A stretch of 63,478 nucleotides of DNA, counting the filler, from Octopus bimaculoides (Eukaryota): NCBI RefSeq assembly GCF_001194135.2. It is 2 parts of 2 records of this genome, joined end to end, with 100 filler letters (N's around TTAATTAATTAA, not from the genome) between each part and the next. Parts side by side here need not be neighbours in the genome. Positions count along the whole stretch, not along the records: positions 31,628 to 63,478 come from NC_068982.1; 1 more part is not named here. One strand, given 5' to 3'. How positions within the stretch are numbered: the first letter of the stretch is position 1; each line of letters starts with the position of its first letter. Shown one piece after another: positions 31,632-46,204 of this stretch. The notes beneath the pieces were generated by a model. It saw only the letters and a program-made list of their open reading frames with translations, was not told where the DNA came from and ran no database searches. The translations under genes were made by a program, and so were the position numbers.

Positions 31632-31812
31632 ATATATATATATATATATATACGACTACGACAGGTTTCTTCCAATTTCCGTCTATCAAATCCAATCACA
31701 AAGCTTTGGTCGGTTCGGGGTTCTGGTAAAAGACATTTGCTCAAGATGCCACGCAGTGGGTCTGAACTCGGAACCACGTTGTTGGGAAACAATCTTCTTA
31801 CCACACAGCCAC
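31632..31812 (-). mobile_element. SINE family C, 5' half
   Basis: GGCTGTGTGGTAAGAAG head, GGTTCCGAGTTCAGACCC, GAGCAAATGTCTTTT core. Confidence 0.75.
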
Positions 31813-32829
31813 AGGAAATGTCGTTGCGACTGGATGACTGAGATAGTTCAGCATTTAAAAAATTAACCTATTTTACATTTTGTACATATAAATATTGTTC
31901 TATTACGGGAGGCTCAATTTTTGCCAGATAAACATACGCACTATATATTCGTTCTTCACGTCAGATTTAATATTGTTCTTATTTTATAAACGTAAATATG
32001 AATATCAACATATCTTTCCATACGCACCTGGATATATCTATACAGCTATATATACACACATATACACAGGATGCACATACTTCTTCTAGGTACACAAACT
32101 AATTTTGAAAACCTAATACGAATTTCTTGTAATTATCTGGTGTCTTTGTTGAGTCAGTTACAATTAATGATAGGTTTCTCACTTCTTTCTCCATCTAAGA
32201 TTGGATTTTCAATACAAATTAGAAATATTTTGCTCACGACATATAGAATTTCACCCTGTAACATAATTATCCAAATTCACATTAATGACACGTTTGAGAT
32301 AACCCTTTAGCACATTTTACTTTATATTAAGCAAATTATCCTAACAAAAAAAAAAAAACTGTTGGGAAGTTGTTTTTTTCTTTTCTAATAGAAGAATCAT
32401 ATCGATAGTTTCCTTTTACTTGCTAACAAATATTAAATATTTCCCCCCATAAGCAGGTGAAATAACTTTGAAAATTTTTTACTCTAAAATACTAAAAATT
32501 ATCTGCCTTTTCCTTTCGGAGTGGCAAACGTTTGCCACTGGTGTTTTGTTTACTTTCATGAATTGAAAGGGAATTTCAATTAATTAAGGATTAATTGTTT
32601 AAACCACTTAGTACATAACCCCTCAACTTCATTAAGTGGCATTAACTAAGTTAATGTCAGTTAAATTTTATTTATAATTTCTTATATTTATGCCATTTTA
32701 ATATGTCTATATACACATATGTATATTTGTGTGTATGTGTGGGTCTACACACATTTATATGTGCACATATACACACGCACACTCACACATTTATGTATAT
32801 GCATATATATCCATACTAATGCATATGTT

Positions 32830-32877
<48 letters not shown>

Positions 32878-34129
32878 TGTATGTATGTATAAATGAATGC
32901 ATGAATGTGTGTACGCATGCGTCTATGTATGTATGTATATATGTATGTATGTGTAAGTGTATTTACAGTGAGATGGAGAGCACGAGAGACGGATAGAGAG
33001 GAAGAAATATTTATATCGTATTTTGTTATATATGTAATTTGCTTGTTATATACATGTAAGAATAGTTATTACAATTCAAAAGACAAAACAAGACTGGTAA
33101 TGAAATTAAGTGATTGTACTCGACATACCAGCAACAAAAGATTCCAATTAGGAATACAATACTGTAGGGGAAACGCGCTTTATTAATCGATAACACAAAA
33201 TGCTCTTACGCTATAGGTCCAGCTGTAAACGTTGAGTTCAAATTAGTGAACGAATGCCATGCATTACGAACATTGTTGAACTTTGGTATAAGGCTTTTGA
33301 AGAAAATTGCTACTTCAATACTTAGACCGTTCTCCATTCACGAAACGCAGTAGATCCGCTAAATAAAATTTGTCGCCTACGAAATTTGCTACAATTACAG
33401 ATGTTACTGTATATTTTTAGTAGCCTCCTCCGTGTCTAAAGTCTCCGCTAGCCCTCAGATTCTCGGAAACCATGGGCACTGAGATGATAGACATTCCTTT
33501 CTAGCAAATGCTTACCGATTACCGGAGGAAAATGTATTTCCAACGAGGGAATACAAGGGGGCTTACTAAGGTGGAGATTATGGGCATAACGGTTAGTGTA
33601 CTTCCTTTGGAGAGTAGACAAAATACGAAGAACAGACGAGGAGAGACGAATGCATTATGTACTTGGAAGAGGTGACACATAACCAACTAGCTTCGAGGAA
33701 TAGACACTAACGTAGTAGAGATACAAAAAGTAGAAAGAGGATCATGCCTATGAGCCACATTTTGAGTGTATTGGTGATCAATGTCATGTCAGTCAGTCAG
33801 TCAGTCAAATGAACGTTCTTTGTATGCGGTCAAAGATGCCTTTGTATAGTAGTAGTAGTAGTAGTATTAGTAGTAGTAGTAGTAGTAGTAGTAGAAACAA
33901 CTGCGGTCTAAGACGACGGATTAATACTCCAGGCGAAACCCTCGTCTTTGTTAGCCGTCTCGTGTGACTTATAAGAAGAGATTATCAGTAAATTCGCTGT
34001 TAAATATCTCGAAAGGTTTTAGCTGCATATTTTTCAGGGTATGATGGGTTAATGCTTTCTGCCAAAGTGTAGTAATTTATCTTTGAAGGTGATATGGCTG
34101 GAATTTAGTCATTGGAGGATGTTTTCAAA

Positions 34130-34620
34130 GTCTCACTTCATGAAACCGGACCGCGTGGTCGTTGATGACGTCGCAACCAGATGTCGCCATTTCTCTCGGT
34201 CTTCTGCTGCCCTCAGTGAGCCTGCGGAATTGAGGCCTCTTCATTCTTTGATGTTAACGGGCGGCGACCAGTATGGAACAAGTTCTTGTTTCGCTGTTGT
34301 CATCGTAAATAATGGACAAGTTAGCTTGGCGGTGCTCATTCCTCCCCAAGTTTTTAACTACAACCACATGTCTCTAACTGAGACACACCTTGGCCTCGAA
34401 CACAAGGCCATTGACTTGATCAGGTTCCTCTGCTATTAACCGCTGACTGCCTGGGAAGCCTCATAAAGAGTCTTTTACCTACTGCTGCACTGGTAACACA
34501 ATCCCCTCATTTGGAGAAGATCTATAGCTGATGTGGGATATCGGGGTGTGGTACTAGCAGCCATGAAGTGAAAGTTCAGGAACTGAATGATGATGAAATA
34601 TGTCTGTGCACCTGACCATT
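34130..34620 (-). mobile_element. RTE-clade LINE ORF 3' fragment
   Basis: Minus strand ends ...GLNSAGSLRAAEDREKWRHLVATSS. Confidence 0.65.
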
Positions 34621-34770
34621 CAGGTGCAGCTACTAGGCACCTAAAATATTGCTTCTATTCAGAGCATCCTAAACCCCGCTGTGCAGTATTGAATATTTCA
34701 AAAAAATGAAAGGTGGTACCATCTACACGAGGTAGCAATGTTGGAGGTAAAAATTAGATTATAGTTGAAT

Positions 34771-34869
34771 AGACATGCTTATCCAGCGGTTATTTCAGAC
34801 ATGCTTATCCAGTGGTTATTTCAGACATGCTTATCCAGCGGTTATTTCAGACATGCTTATCCAGCGGTT
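34771..34869. repeat. 26-bp minisatellite, 3.8 units (AGACATGCTTATCCAGCGGTTATTTC)
   Basis: Contiguous units with one C>T change; no spacers. Confidence 0.95.
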
Positions 34870-35536
34870 CTGGGATCTCATCGGAGATCTTCAGTAGCAT
34901 GTACTTTCTGGGAAGTTCCCTTACTCTTCTTGATATTTCATCTGTATTGAGTACTTAGTTAATGCATTTATTTTGAAGTTGTTGTTTAGTCGGGGCTGAC
35001 TGAAAATTGTTATACGGTATTTACTCCGTTTCAGTTGATCTTCAACGTCTTTTCGGTGTTATCTACAGAAACAGAATCTATCGATATCATTTCCATCTGA
35101 TGCTGGGATCCTTTAGGTTTTAATACGTTAGGTTACCAATAAGTTACCAGCACAGCTAACGTAAATTTCGCTTTTGTACAATATTATTTTTCAAATGTCA
35201 TTAACATTCGAGAAGTGTAATTTTTTATATATATAAAACTTCTAAAACAACACAAAAACAAGGATGATTGAGGTACTATGAGGTACTATTAGCAAAAAAT
35301 AAGGCAAGTTATAGAATGCGAATTATTGAGTTAGATTATCAAAATACCCTTTATAGTAGTTTAAATTTGATAGCCGATAAAGTTGATCCATAAATATACC
35401 CCTAAGAGTATATGAATACTCATAGTACATAAGCAAACCTCGGCAAATATACATGCATGTATGAGTGTATCTGTAAATATGTAAGGGTATCTTGTTCGGG
35501 AATTTCTGTATGCATGCATACATACACATATACTTG

Positions 35537-35589
<53 letters not shown>

Positions 35590-35654
35590 TCTTTTATTCT
35601 TTTATTAGATATATATATATATATATATATATGTATTTTTTTATTCTTTTATTT

Positions 35655-35822
35655 GTTTCAGTCATTTGACTGCGGCCATGTTGGAGCACCGTCTTTAGTC
35701 GAAGAAATCGATCCCAGAACGTATTCTTTGTAAGCCTGGTTTATATTACATCGGCCTCTTTTGCCCAACAGCTATGTTTTGAGGATGTAAATACACCAAC
35801 ATCGGTTGTCAAGTGATGGCGG
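35655..35822 (-). mobile_element. SINE family C, 3' part
   Basis: GTTTCAGTCATTTGACTGCGGCCATG..GGAGCACC...; same as 63232. Confidence 0.7.
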
Positions 35823-35955
35823 NNNNNNNNNNNNNNNNNNNNNNNNNNNNNNNNNNNNNNNNNNNNNNNNNNNNNNNNNNNNNNNNNNNNNNNNNNNNNN
35901 NNNNNNNNNNNNNNNNNNNNNNNNNNNNNNNNNNNNNNNNNNNNNNNNNNNNNNN

Positions 35956-35998
<43 letters not shown>

Positions 35999-37539
35999 TA
36001 GATAGAAAGAGCGAAAGAAAGAGAGAGAGAGAGAGAGAGAGGGGGAATGAAAATAGGGAAAACGATAAGATATAAAACAATGAAATTGAGAAGTTGATAA
36101 AATGAAAGAATCAGTAATCCAAAGAATAGGTGTAAACCTTGCAGTACATTTACAAAGTGATAAAAAGCATACCAAAGCTGGATTTTTAGTTCCTTGAGCA
36201 AATTATTTTACGCTAAAGTGTTTAGAAAACGGAACTTTTACATCATCTCTTAACGAATAAAATTTCCCATTAGTTCGTTGATTGTGTTGACGAATAGTTC
36301 AAACTAATTCAATTGGAAAACCTTATAACGGTCCTATTGTTTGGTATGTCATTTGTACATTGTACTAGTTTTCACCGAAAGAGAATTTATTGAATATAGT
36401 TTACTAAATTCCATCTTACTTTAGCAAATATCAAGTAATATAGATTCTTGTGTTGAAAAGAAACACGCTCGAGTCTACATCATTTCGGTACAATTTTAAT
36501 TACACTTGTTACTGCCGTGGGTTAGATAAGTACGTGAATATCAATAGGTTTTGACTGTGTTAGCAATGCGTCAGAGCAGGTGTTTCTAATTTTGGTTTTG
36601 TATCTTTTAGAAAGAAAAAAAAATCTAATAGTGTAAAATGGTTCGTCGTAATCTGGAGTATCAAGACAGCTGCGCTTAAATTAATTTCCTATTTTTCTTT
36701 AAAAAAGAAATAACAATGGTGACCATCATCATCATCACAATCACAACAACCATATTCTCAACAATTTTATACGAGTTCTTACTGCATCACAAAGTGGAAC
36801 CCTGTATTCTTTAAGCTTGTGTAGCATGTTCTGGGGATTTAGCTTTGCTTTTCTATAGTACACCAATTTCGCTTTCTTGTTAGGTATTGTTTGTTGTTTC
36901 TAGTGTTACAGTGCCTATAGCGGTCATATAAGAATGTGTGTTATTTCATTGGATCCTAATCCTGTACAACATGTTCTGAGAGAGCTGCAGTATTTTATTA
37001 AGTGCTGATTGTTCAGAGTTTGTGCTATGTGCGGTGACTGCACTACTTCACTGTGCTATTGCACTGCACTACTTCATGCTGTGAGTGCACTCAGTGTGAT
37101 ATTGCTATCATACTGAAAGTAACTTGTGCCATCTGTGCCTAACAACGCTAATGTAACGTTGTAAGCATCGGTATGACTGTCATGTCTTCATTTTTTATAT
37201 CTAATGTTACACCTATTTTTGACACTATTTTCCTATTCATGCATGCAGTTTCCTTCAATTTCAAGGTCTCTATATTTTGAGTTCCCCACCTCTTTTCGCT
37301 TAGAGTTTTTAGTCATTTAAAAACTAATGCCAGTAGTCCTTTTTATATTCGAACTATTTCCATCGATTACTTTCTTCATTAAAACCGACAGGTATCACAA
37401 GTAAGTTCTTAGTGTTATAATTTTATTGTATGATGATCAGGCATAGATTGTGTTATATAAGCTGTGATATTTTATTAGGTATTTTTAACGTAGGATATCT
37501 GTTGTGTGCTGAGTGTGTGCTGTTTGCGTGATGTTATAA

Positions 37540-38300
37540 AATTGAAAGTGTCTTGCACATGATGAGTTGTGCCTAATAAAACTAATTTTGCTGCTGTTTG
37601 AAACATGTTAGCCTTTGTATGCCACTTATGTCTTTGCACATATTTTATAAAAATTGTAACTAGTGCTTCAATTATTATTGGTATTGTGTTCCTTTTCATG
37701 CAACACATTTTTTTTTGTGAAGTCCGAGATCCTTGTATTTGGAGACGTTGTCCAGTTTCTTTTGTGCAAAATATTGTAGGCTTATATCGGCTATCAGCTT
37801 GGATCTATTATCCTTTTGTCGATTATGACATCTAGGTGTTTTCTTAATGTTCCTGTTAGTCTTCCTCCATTTGGAGACTTCCGGAACATTGACGAGGAGT
37901 ACTGTTGGTTATTCGATATGATTTGAAAATACTTTTTGATTTTGTAATATTCTTTTGTAACCTGTTCAGTTATTTTTCCTTATATGTTATTTCGGTGTAA
38001 TTCGTTTCTTGTTTGTAGTCTGTCGTTTCCAGTTTTATATAACTTATAGTGTTGTGAGCTGATAAGATGAACCCATCCCGTCAGATATTTAAAGTGACAA
38101 CGAGATACATTCGTCCAATAAACACACGAAACTTTCAGTCGTATGAAACTCAGTGAAAATATGTGTATTGTATACGTAGATTGCAGCTTCGGCATAAAGA
38201 GCAAAAAAATAAGGTGTTGAAAACATTGATTAAATCAGAAAAAGGTCAAAACGATCCCACAGGCATCGGTGGAGCAGTTTAAATAAAACGAACAATAAAC
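37540..38300 (-). mobile_element. Old R4/Dong-like LINE 3' relic (restriction-like endonuclease end)
   Basis: Degenerate SKYKDL...MKRNTIPIIIEAL...LVLLGTTH resembles the R4-clade C-terminus (cf. 49870-50060). Confidence 0.5.
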
Positions 38301-39249
38301 TTAACATCACCAAGAAAATTTCAACTGTTGCAAGGTTTGAGAATCAACAAAAAGCTCCTCAACATGATCCAATTGAAGAGAAAGAACGTGGTCACATATA
38401 CACAAAGTCTTGTGATAAAGACTGTCGTATTGTTGAGGAATACACTCAGGAGCAGGAAAGAAAGAAAGTTATAGCTTTCTCTTTTTTTTCAAATAACAAG
38501 AAGGATTTCCAAATGACTCCGACAACAGTCCCGGAAGGAGCTATAGCATACACTCACATATACTTGTTATTTCTGGCCAAGAATGAAACAAGAATACAGG
38601 GAAAACTCGCGCACAAAATGCCTGCCAAAGAGTGATGACCATTCCATACAAGGAAATTTAAGATTCATAGTGGGGATATTAGTATTAACATGAGTATTAA
38701 CTTGTCAGTTATATTTTATGGTACAGCGAGGTAATGGGAGTGGAGAAAGCTGCATCACTATGTCATCGTTTTGGATTTGCAGGAAGATACAGGTCTTGAT
38801 GACACGAAATTCACAAATCTATACGTTCGTTAAAGTTCACTCCAAAGGAGATTGTTGACAAATAGACGATAATGCTCGAGCTACAGAAAAAAAGGCTAGT
38901 CATTTCACGAGAAAGAGAGCCACTACAGGAGGAGAGTAAATAGCAAAAAAAAAAAAAAAACGAAAAAAACAACGACAAAAGAAAGCGAGATATATGCCGA
39001 TTCTGTTCATTTCTGCTTCTAATCATATAATCTTTAGTGTGATAAGCATCAAGGGACAATAAAGTGGGACACAGAAATTATAGAATCTCTTCCTCTAGCA
39101 CGTTACCATCGTCTCCAAATAGTAGTGCCGTCCATCTCATCATCGTGCTGCAATGGAGGGGAGAGGGACCTTGGAAAAAAATGGAAAACTGTAAGTGAAA
39201 ATTTTTTAAAAAGTGTCTTTTAGAAAAGTGTTTTTGCTTCTGATATATT

Positions 39250-40330
39250 ATATTATAACAAAATCTATGATCTTACATATTTCTGTCTTTTCTTCCTCAT
39301 GGTCACACAGTATTCGTGCATTCATTACACGGCCAGTGTGTACAGAATAATTTGATAAGACCTTGCAATACTTATAATTTATTTAGATGATCTGGATCGT
39401 GTGTTCATTTATCATATACTTCTCAATCCCAAGTAATTCCTAACTTCCTCTATTATTTTCACTTTACGGCCATGCCATATTTTGTATTATTTTCCTATCT
39501 TATTAATGTCACTCACAAAAACTGGTTATCACATTTGTCTACAGTACTACATATCAAACACTAACTATATTTCCGGATAAGTTCTATGAATTTATGAATA
39601 TATAGCGCTTTAACAGTATTTATTCTGATTAGTTGTTCTCCATTATATGTATTCTATTACCTGCCTTCGTATTCAACATTGTAACTAATTCCACAATTCT
39701 TCCTTTAATATAGCATCTAGCTGCCGTGTATATATAGCATCTAGTTGTTTCTTTTTTCATCATCTTTCTGCCCTTCTCTTACTTCTATTTTATTGTATCA
39801 TTTTCTTTTATCTTTTTCATTCCAATTCAGTTACTGTACTGCACGTATAATATTTCTTTTACTAATATAGTTCTTTAGGCCTTTAAGTGCAAAGTCATGT
39901 GTGTATGTTGCATTGAGATGTGCTCTGTTTTTCTATTTCATACTAACATTGCTTCGTACGTGTAACCAATTGTGGTTTACTTCTAGCTTTCTTGTATAGC
40001 CATCAATTTCATGAACTTCGATTTTCGTTTACTGAATGAAAGTTAGAAAATATTTGAAGATTGTTATTGCCCATGTGTTGATTACCTTTATTATGTTCGT
40101 TTCATGTAATTTTCTTTCTCGAATCTTCAGACCTGCCTCCATTATTCCGTTCCATCTCTATATTTCATTTCCTTCTGTTTCACCTAATCAACTTTCAGCA
40201 CATTCACATACTTATATCATTGGCATTCCTTCAGCGAACTTATTGCTTTGTTGTTCAGGAGAGTAATTCCCTCATATTTTACCCATTTTCTTTCTTTACT
40301 CGTACACCAAAATACATCGCAATGTAGCTG
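39250..40330 (-). mobile_element. Old R4/Dong-like LINE relic (post-RT region)
   Basis: Minus strand: NIIKVINTWAITIFKY, LKGLKNYISK, EQLIRINTVKA. Confidence 0.5.
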
Positions 40331-42053
40331 GTGAAATATCTAACAGATTCTATCAAAGACAGAAACTAATCCTCACTTTAGTAGAAAACTTTCAAATTGT
40401 CCATGAAAATTAGATGATTTATTCGTTTATTAGTTATTAGTATGTAGGCATTTTAGTGTGCTCAGTAGTAATATATAAAAGAGTAAAATTCAAAGGAATG
40501 ACAACCAAAAGTTAAGATGATGAATTTCTTTGAAAATTTTCGTTTCAAATTCTTCTAACGACGTACGCAATATTTATCATCTCAACTCGCTCAAATCTGA
40601 AACTTAACTGGATAAAGTTTTTCTTTTCCTGCTTGCGATATAGATTGTAAATTTGAGCAACCATGTCATATCATTTAGGTAGAGGATATATCGAAAAGAT
40701 TGGTGCACTTCTTGCTTTACAAATTAAAAGACAGCTATACAGCAAGTCACAATAAGCCTGTAATAGGTTTTATTTGCGGTTTGGAATATCAATTAATTTT
40801 CTTTCAAACCACATCATGTGCCAGAGGTCTCCTGTTGAACCAGACTCACCGTCATCCTTAAGTAGCAGTGTTGTAAAGACCATTTATTCTGATTGTGTTA
40901 TTTGAGCACCTCGCACCTACCGAACATGATAAATCCATCAGTCAATGACATAATACAGGGTGATAATAGTCAAGTCAACTAATTTTTCTGTCCCTGGCTA
41001 TGAAATATTTTGGCAATTGCTTCACAGCTAGTTGTATCGTAGTATAGTTGTGGACAGATTGTAGATAATGCGTGAAAAAATACAGGAACGAAAGAGAACG
41101 CTATTTCTTATTCATCTTATTTCGTATTCGCTTTTACACACCTATCAAAAATAAACCTTATCTCTCTACCCAACACCTAACTAATTATTCGATAATTCCA
41201 CATAATATAAATTCTCTCACACAACCCCTCACGTTGATGATGATAGTGGAAAATCTGGATTCTTGATGATGCCATTGTAGACCCATGGAATCTCTTCGCA
41301 TATGTTCGTCAGAATCCTGATATTTCGGTTGTTAGTTCCCGTCATAGTATCAGTTGCTTCCATACTGTTCTTGATGTCTGTATATTCGTTACTATGTGAT
41401 AGCTTCGTTGCTGAATTCACATAGATCTTTCGCTGTTTTTCTATTTTCCTCTTCCAAATGTTACTCCTGAACTCCTCAACTTCAATGATAGCGTTGTGAG
41501 GATCTTCATGAACAACGTTTTTGCTCAGCTCATCGAAGATATTTTTGACATTTCTTCATGAAAAACTGGTTCCACTTTTGGAATCTTCTGATTCTTTATG
41601 CCAGTATCTAAACCTGTGGTTTCAGTGTCGTTGGATTTGTATCTGATCTGATTTTTAAAAATTGTACTGCTCATTTCACGGTGGTATATACTTGCTGTCT
41701 TACGGCTCAGAGAGGTGTTTCATTTTTCCAAGGTGGATAAAACAAAGTATCAGTCAAAATACTAATATCGATACAATCGACTTTAACACCCCCCCTTTAA
41801 ATTTCGGGCCTTGTGCATCTATTACAAGTAATAATTGCTGCTATAAGAAGCCTCATAATCCTCATAAAATTCACCTCATTTATTCTACTTACCAACAGTA
41901 ATTATAAACTTCAAAGGATATATGCAGACATAAGAAGGAGATATCACTCCTCTCAACGAACAGATATCAAATTAATGCATAGTTTAATATATAATTTAAT
42001 TTAATGTGCAGCTAGATCGTGGAAGAACTACAATTGCCATTTAAGATCACACG

Positions 42054-42097
<44 letters not shown>

Positions 42098-45000
42098 AAC
42101 ACACACGCACGCACGCACTCACACACGGACACGGACACACACACACACACACACAATATGCAACATTCACGTTTAGCATATTTCTTGAGGTGTCAACATT
42201 TTTGTCATCTATCTGCGACACATTTCCACTGCATTAGAATTACGTCAGTGAACAGGTCTCAAGTATCCTACAAAAATATTGACACTATGAAAAACAGCTA
42301 ATAAATACTAAATAAATAAATGAATGAATGTAATATTCGCTCTTCCACAACGCAGTTGTTTCAGCCTAAGTATAGTCTCAGACTAAGACACCCATCAAAT
42401 AAGTACAAGTATGAAATTGATTTGACGTATAATTAGATTATCGTATATTTTTGCCTTATAAGAACTACTATTAAAATGAACAAAGTCAATATTATCGTAA
42501 AAACAATCCATTGCCGTGGGATTTGAGCTGAGATTATAAACTTACTCTGTCGTTACTGAAACGGATTCTGACTGATACTCTTCTACTTCTGCCATTCTAA
42601 AATAATAACATTAAATATTGAATTCTGACATAGGCGCAATGTCTTAAAATTTCTATAATTTATTTAGTCTTTTGAAGAAACATAGTTGGACCTATATCAC
42701 TAATAATAATGATAATCAGTTATCACTTCTAACACCAGCAGCAAGCCAGAAATTTCAATTATTTTAATTTTGTTTCAATTGTTTTCAAATTTGGTGTACT
42801 AATGTAGTCTTGTATGCTAGTTATGGAAATGAAATTCATTTTTGCCATAAATATATGAATAAAAAGTTAACTATTAAAGTTTGCAGCTTTTTGGGTAATT
42901 TTAGTCAATCGAAAATTACCCAGGGAATTATTGGTGCCTGCTTCCATAGTAACAAACCAAGGTATAGCTTTCATAAAAATACAAGCACATGTAATTGTCT
43001 TTACCAGTCTATTTCTTTTGACAAGTGCCTATCTTAGGAACGTTTTACCCCGTCTCTGCCATCTTTTTTTTTTTTGAAAAAACGGAAATTTTCCGTTGCT
43101 GTCCTATCTCATTATTATAATTTTGAACTGTGTTTTTTTATAAAAGAACGGAGATTTTCGGTTGATATCCACAGCTTTGACTTCGTTAATTCGAGAGAAG
43201 GTACTCAAACGCAGCAAGTGGAAGGCACATAGGCCTGTGTAAAACGAGTGAATGTACGACACAGTGGGGCCCACCGTTCTATGGTTGGTTCGTATGTGTG
43301 CGAGTTTATGTGGTGCAGGAAATTAAAAAAATGTAATTTGTTTAATAAACAAGAGTATATCTCAAACTTTCGTCTTTGAATTTTCACTACAAAATATGTA
43401 TTTTTTAGATGAACTGAAGTACAGCTTTTTTTGTTGTAATTTAACCTTCAGTTTCGTTTTTCGTAATTTAACGTTCAGCTTGTGTTTTGTAATATTCCGC
43501 CAAAAAATTAATTGAGAATTTTTCCTTTTTATATTGTTTAAAAGCCTGTTCCAACATTTCACATGACTTTATTCATTGAAACATATTAAAACTTCTGTCG
43601 TTGTAATGCTTTGGCTAATGTTGTTATAGACAGCTATCCCGCACAAACTGAGAGCTTCCAAATCTTGCTTTCCGATTGGGTAAATATAATCAAATTTTAA
43701 ACCGCTTTGACATTTTTCTAAAATTTTGTGAAACAAGTAAATAACAAAATCAGACTGAGCATGAAAATTACACCAATATACCAATTTCCTATAATTTTCA
43801 CAAAATTCCCAAATTTCAAAAACTGTGAGGGAAATAGAAAAGATTCAAGAGTGGAGCTAGAGTTTTTTAAGTAAATACAATACTTTGTTGACCTAGCTAT
43901 GAACGAAAAGAACCAGAATAAATACCATAATGTATTTGCATGACGCTCAAACGTTTCTGTTACACCTCACAAAAAATAAGCAATTGTAATAATCGATTCG
44001 ATATTACAGTCAAAGCCTGGAAGAGATGCAGACTAATACAATCAAGCATGAAACAGGAGGAGCTTTCAAAGACGTTTGGAACAGGGTGGACAGGTTATAC
44101 CTAGACGAGTGGGGAGGTGAAAAACATTGTACAAAATATAATAATTAAATGTATTAAATTTTATGAAGCATATATTTACACAGAATAAATTTAAAAAATG
44201 CAATAAAGCAATAATTGAAGCGAGATATTTGAATAAAAATGAAACGTCTACTCGCATTGATAAGCGTACCCTTATTACGGATTTAGTTAATACTTTGCTT
44301 CATGCCTTTATTGTTCACAGCTGGAGATTCGAAATCATGCGGTGGGAACTTTTATGGGCATAGTTGATCTGTGAGAGCTATTGTCCTCAGGATCATTTAA
44401 TTATAATACTTCACAAAGGATTTCGTACAAGGATTTTGTCCCCCACTCAATACGTACTTCTGGAGATTCCTTGTGTATGTTTTGTAAATGTTTTTATTAG
44501 ATCTTTATTATTTTTGCGATAGACTATGAAGTTCATTTTGTTCAAGTAAGAAGCTGCTTTCTCATTACAGAATATTAATGATTCTTTATAAGCTATGAGT
44601 TCTTCATCAGTGGAGAGTGTCTCCTCTTTAGAGGAAGTTTATTCCGCCTTGAACTTTTATAGCATTCTTCGTTTCCTCTGGTTAAATTCTTTTTTTGTAT
44701 CAGAAAATCTGCTTATCTTCTTCGGCCTCTGAATTTTCCCCTTTCTTAGTAGTAAATGAGTTGGCACTATTATCTTGGGTACTTCCTGATTGTTAACTAG
44801 CTGTTATTGTTGTGACTGTTAGTTACTTTCTCATGTGGTAAGGTGGAGCCTGTGTCGTGCACAAAATGTTTTTAGTTTTCATTCTTTCAGCAAATTATTT
44901 TATGGTGAGTTGGTTTCTTTAGTTTGCGAAAGGCAGTGTTTCATTTTTCATAATTATGTTTTTCAGTATGTTTGAAGGTGGACTGTTGTTATTGTTACTG

Positions 45001-45299
45001 ATGCTGTTGTTGACAATATTTCCCACTCGGGGAGTTATATTCGACGTTAAAATGTGTTTTCCTTTTCTTCATGGTTTTATTGTGCTGCAATGAAAATAGT
45101 ATTCTATTTTGGTTATCTGCTCCATGGGAAATGGTATTTTGTACATTCTGAATTTAGTTTTTTTGTCGATGTGGCGTGAAATATTCGTAGCCATTGTTTG
45201 TAAATCGGTGACGTGAAAAAACTTATTTTGCTCCAAAATAAAACACAGATCCTGTATTTTATTTGTTTAGCACTGTATAAGAATAAGTGAATACTTTTT

Positions 45300-46050
45300 C
45301 TTTAAAACTCTAAAGTGATTTTCCTCGGTGCACGTTGTAAGCAAGTCTGCAATGAAAAAAAGGAAAAAAAAATAATGCAAGAAAGGAAGGAAAATATTAC
45401 AGAAATACAGATTAACAAAATATGATTCACTTGAGATAAAAAGCCAATTAAAGCAAGATATCCTCGCCACAGCCCAAAGAAACCATCGGTATGGTAATCA
45501 TCAACGATTCTTTGAATAGAGCAAGCAGCTTAACTCCAGTCCAAAACGACTCTACGAAGAACTTGATAAAAATAAAACAGAGATCAATGCAGCACCAACA
45601 ACAGAAGTGGAAGGATCTTGGAAAGAAGAATGGACGGCGAAGGAACTGCTTCAGAAAAGATCAATTAAAGAAACAAACACAGCGCCTGAACAACTCTGGA
45701 CACCTATAACAACAGAAGTAGTGACCCAGGCACTACAAGAACTAAACACCTAGAAGGCGCTGGCAGAAAAGTTGAATGACATGCTGACAGACCTAGAGAG
45801 AAGATCTGAATGGCTCACTGAAGGGAAAACCATCCTAATTATCATTCTCACATTACTGGAACAACAAATCTGCAAAATATGTTCATTGTTTTTCTCACTC
45901 GTCGCATACTTTCTTTTTGTCTTTTCCTTCACGTCGTGGTGTTTGATTCCATCTCCCTCAAGTATTCCCAAGTATTTATAGCTGGGTTGAGGTTGAATTT
46001 TCTTCATCATTTCACCACTTGATAACCATATGACTTCTATCTTGGAAAGC
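45300..46050. mobile_element. Rearranged R4/Dong-like RT fragments in both orientations
   Basis: Plus strand EWLTEGKTILI (about 45800-45840); minus strand SYKYLGILEGDGIKHHDVKEK (about 45900-46010). Confidence 0.65.
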
Positions 46051-46054
46051 TTTC

Positions 46055-46056
<2 letters not shown>

Positions 46057-46106
<50 letters not shown>

Positions 46107-46145
46107 GTAATAATAAAAATTATAATGATGATGATAATACTAATG

Positions 46146-46198
<53 letters not shown>

Positions 46199-46200
46199 GA
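46057..46200 (+). repeat. (TAA)n array, 5' flank of the R4/Dong element
   Basis: Seen directly. Confidence 0.95.
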
Positions 46201-46204
46201 TATA

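Noticed and set aside
33420-33780. Possible CR1/L2 RT fragment on the minus strand (SAHGFRES)
   Set aside because: One weak motif only.
34771-34869. Possible CRISPR-like array
   Set aside because: Units are contiguous with no unique spacers, and the context is eukaryotic.
41230-41600. Possible mariner relic on the minus strand (IRILTNICEEIPWVY)
   Set aside because: Resemblance too weak to support a call without a search.
44160-45200. Possible Penelope GIY-YIG remnants
   Set aside because: Only short, frameshifted resemblances on both strands; not distinguishable from chance by eye.
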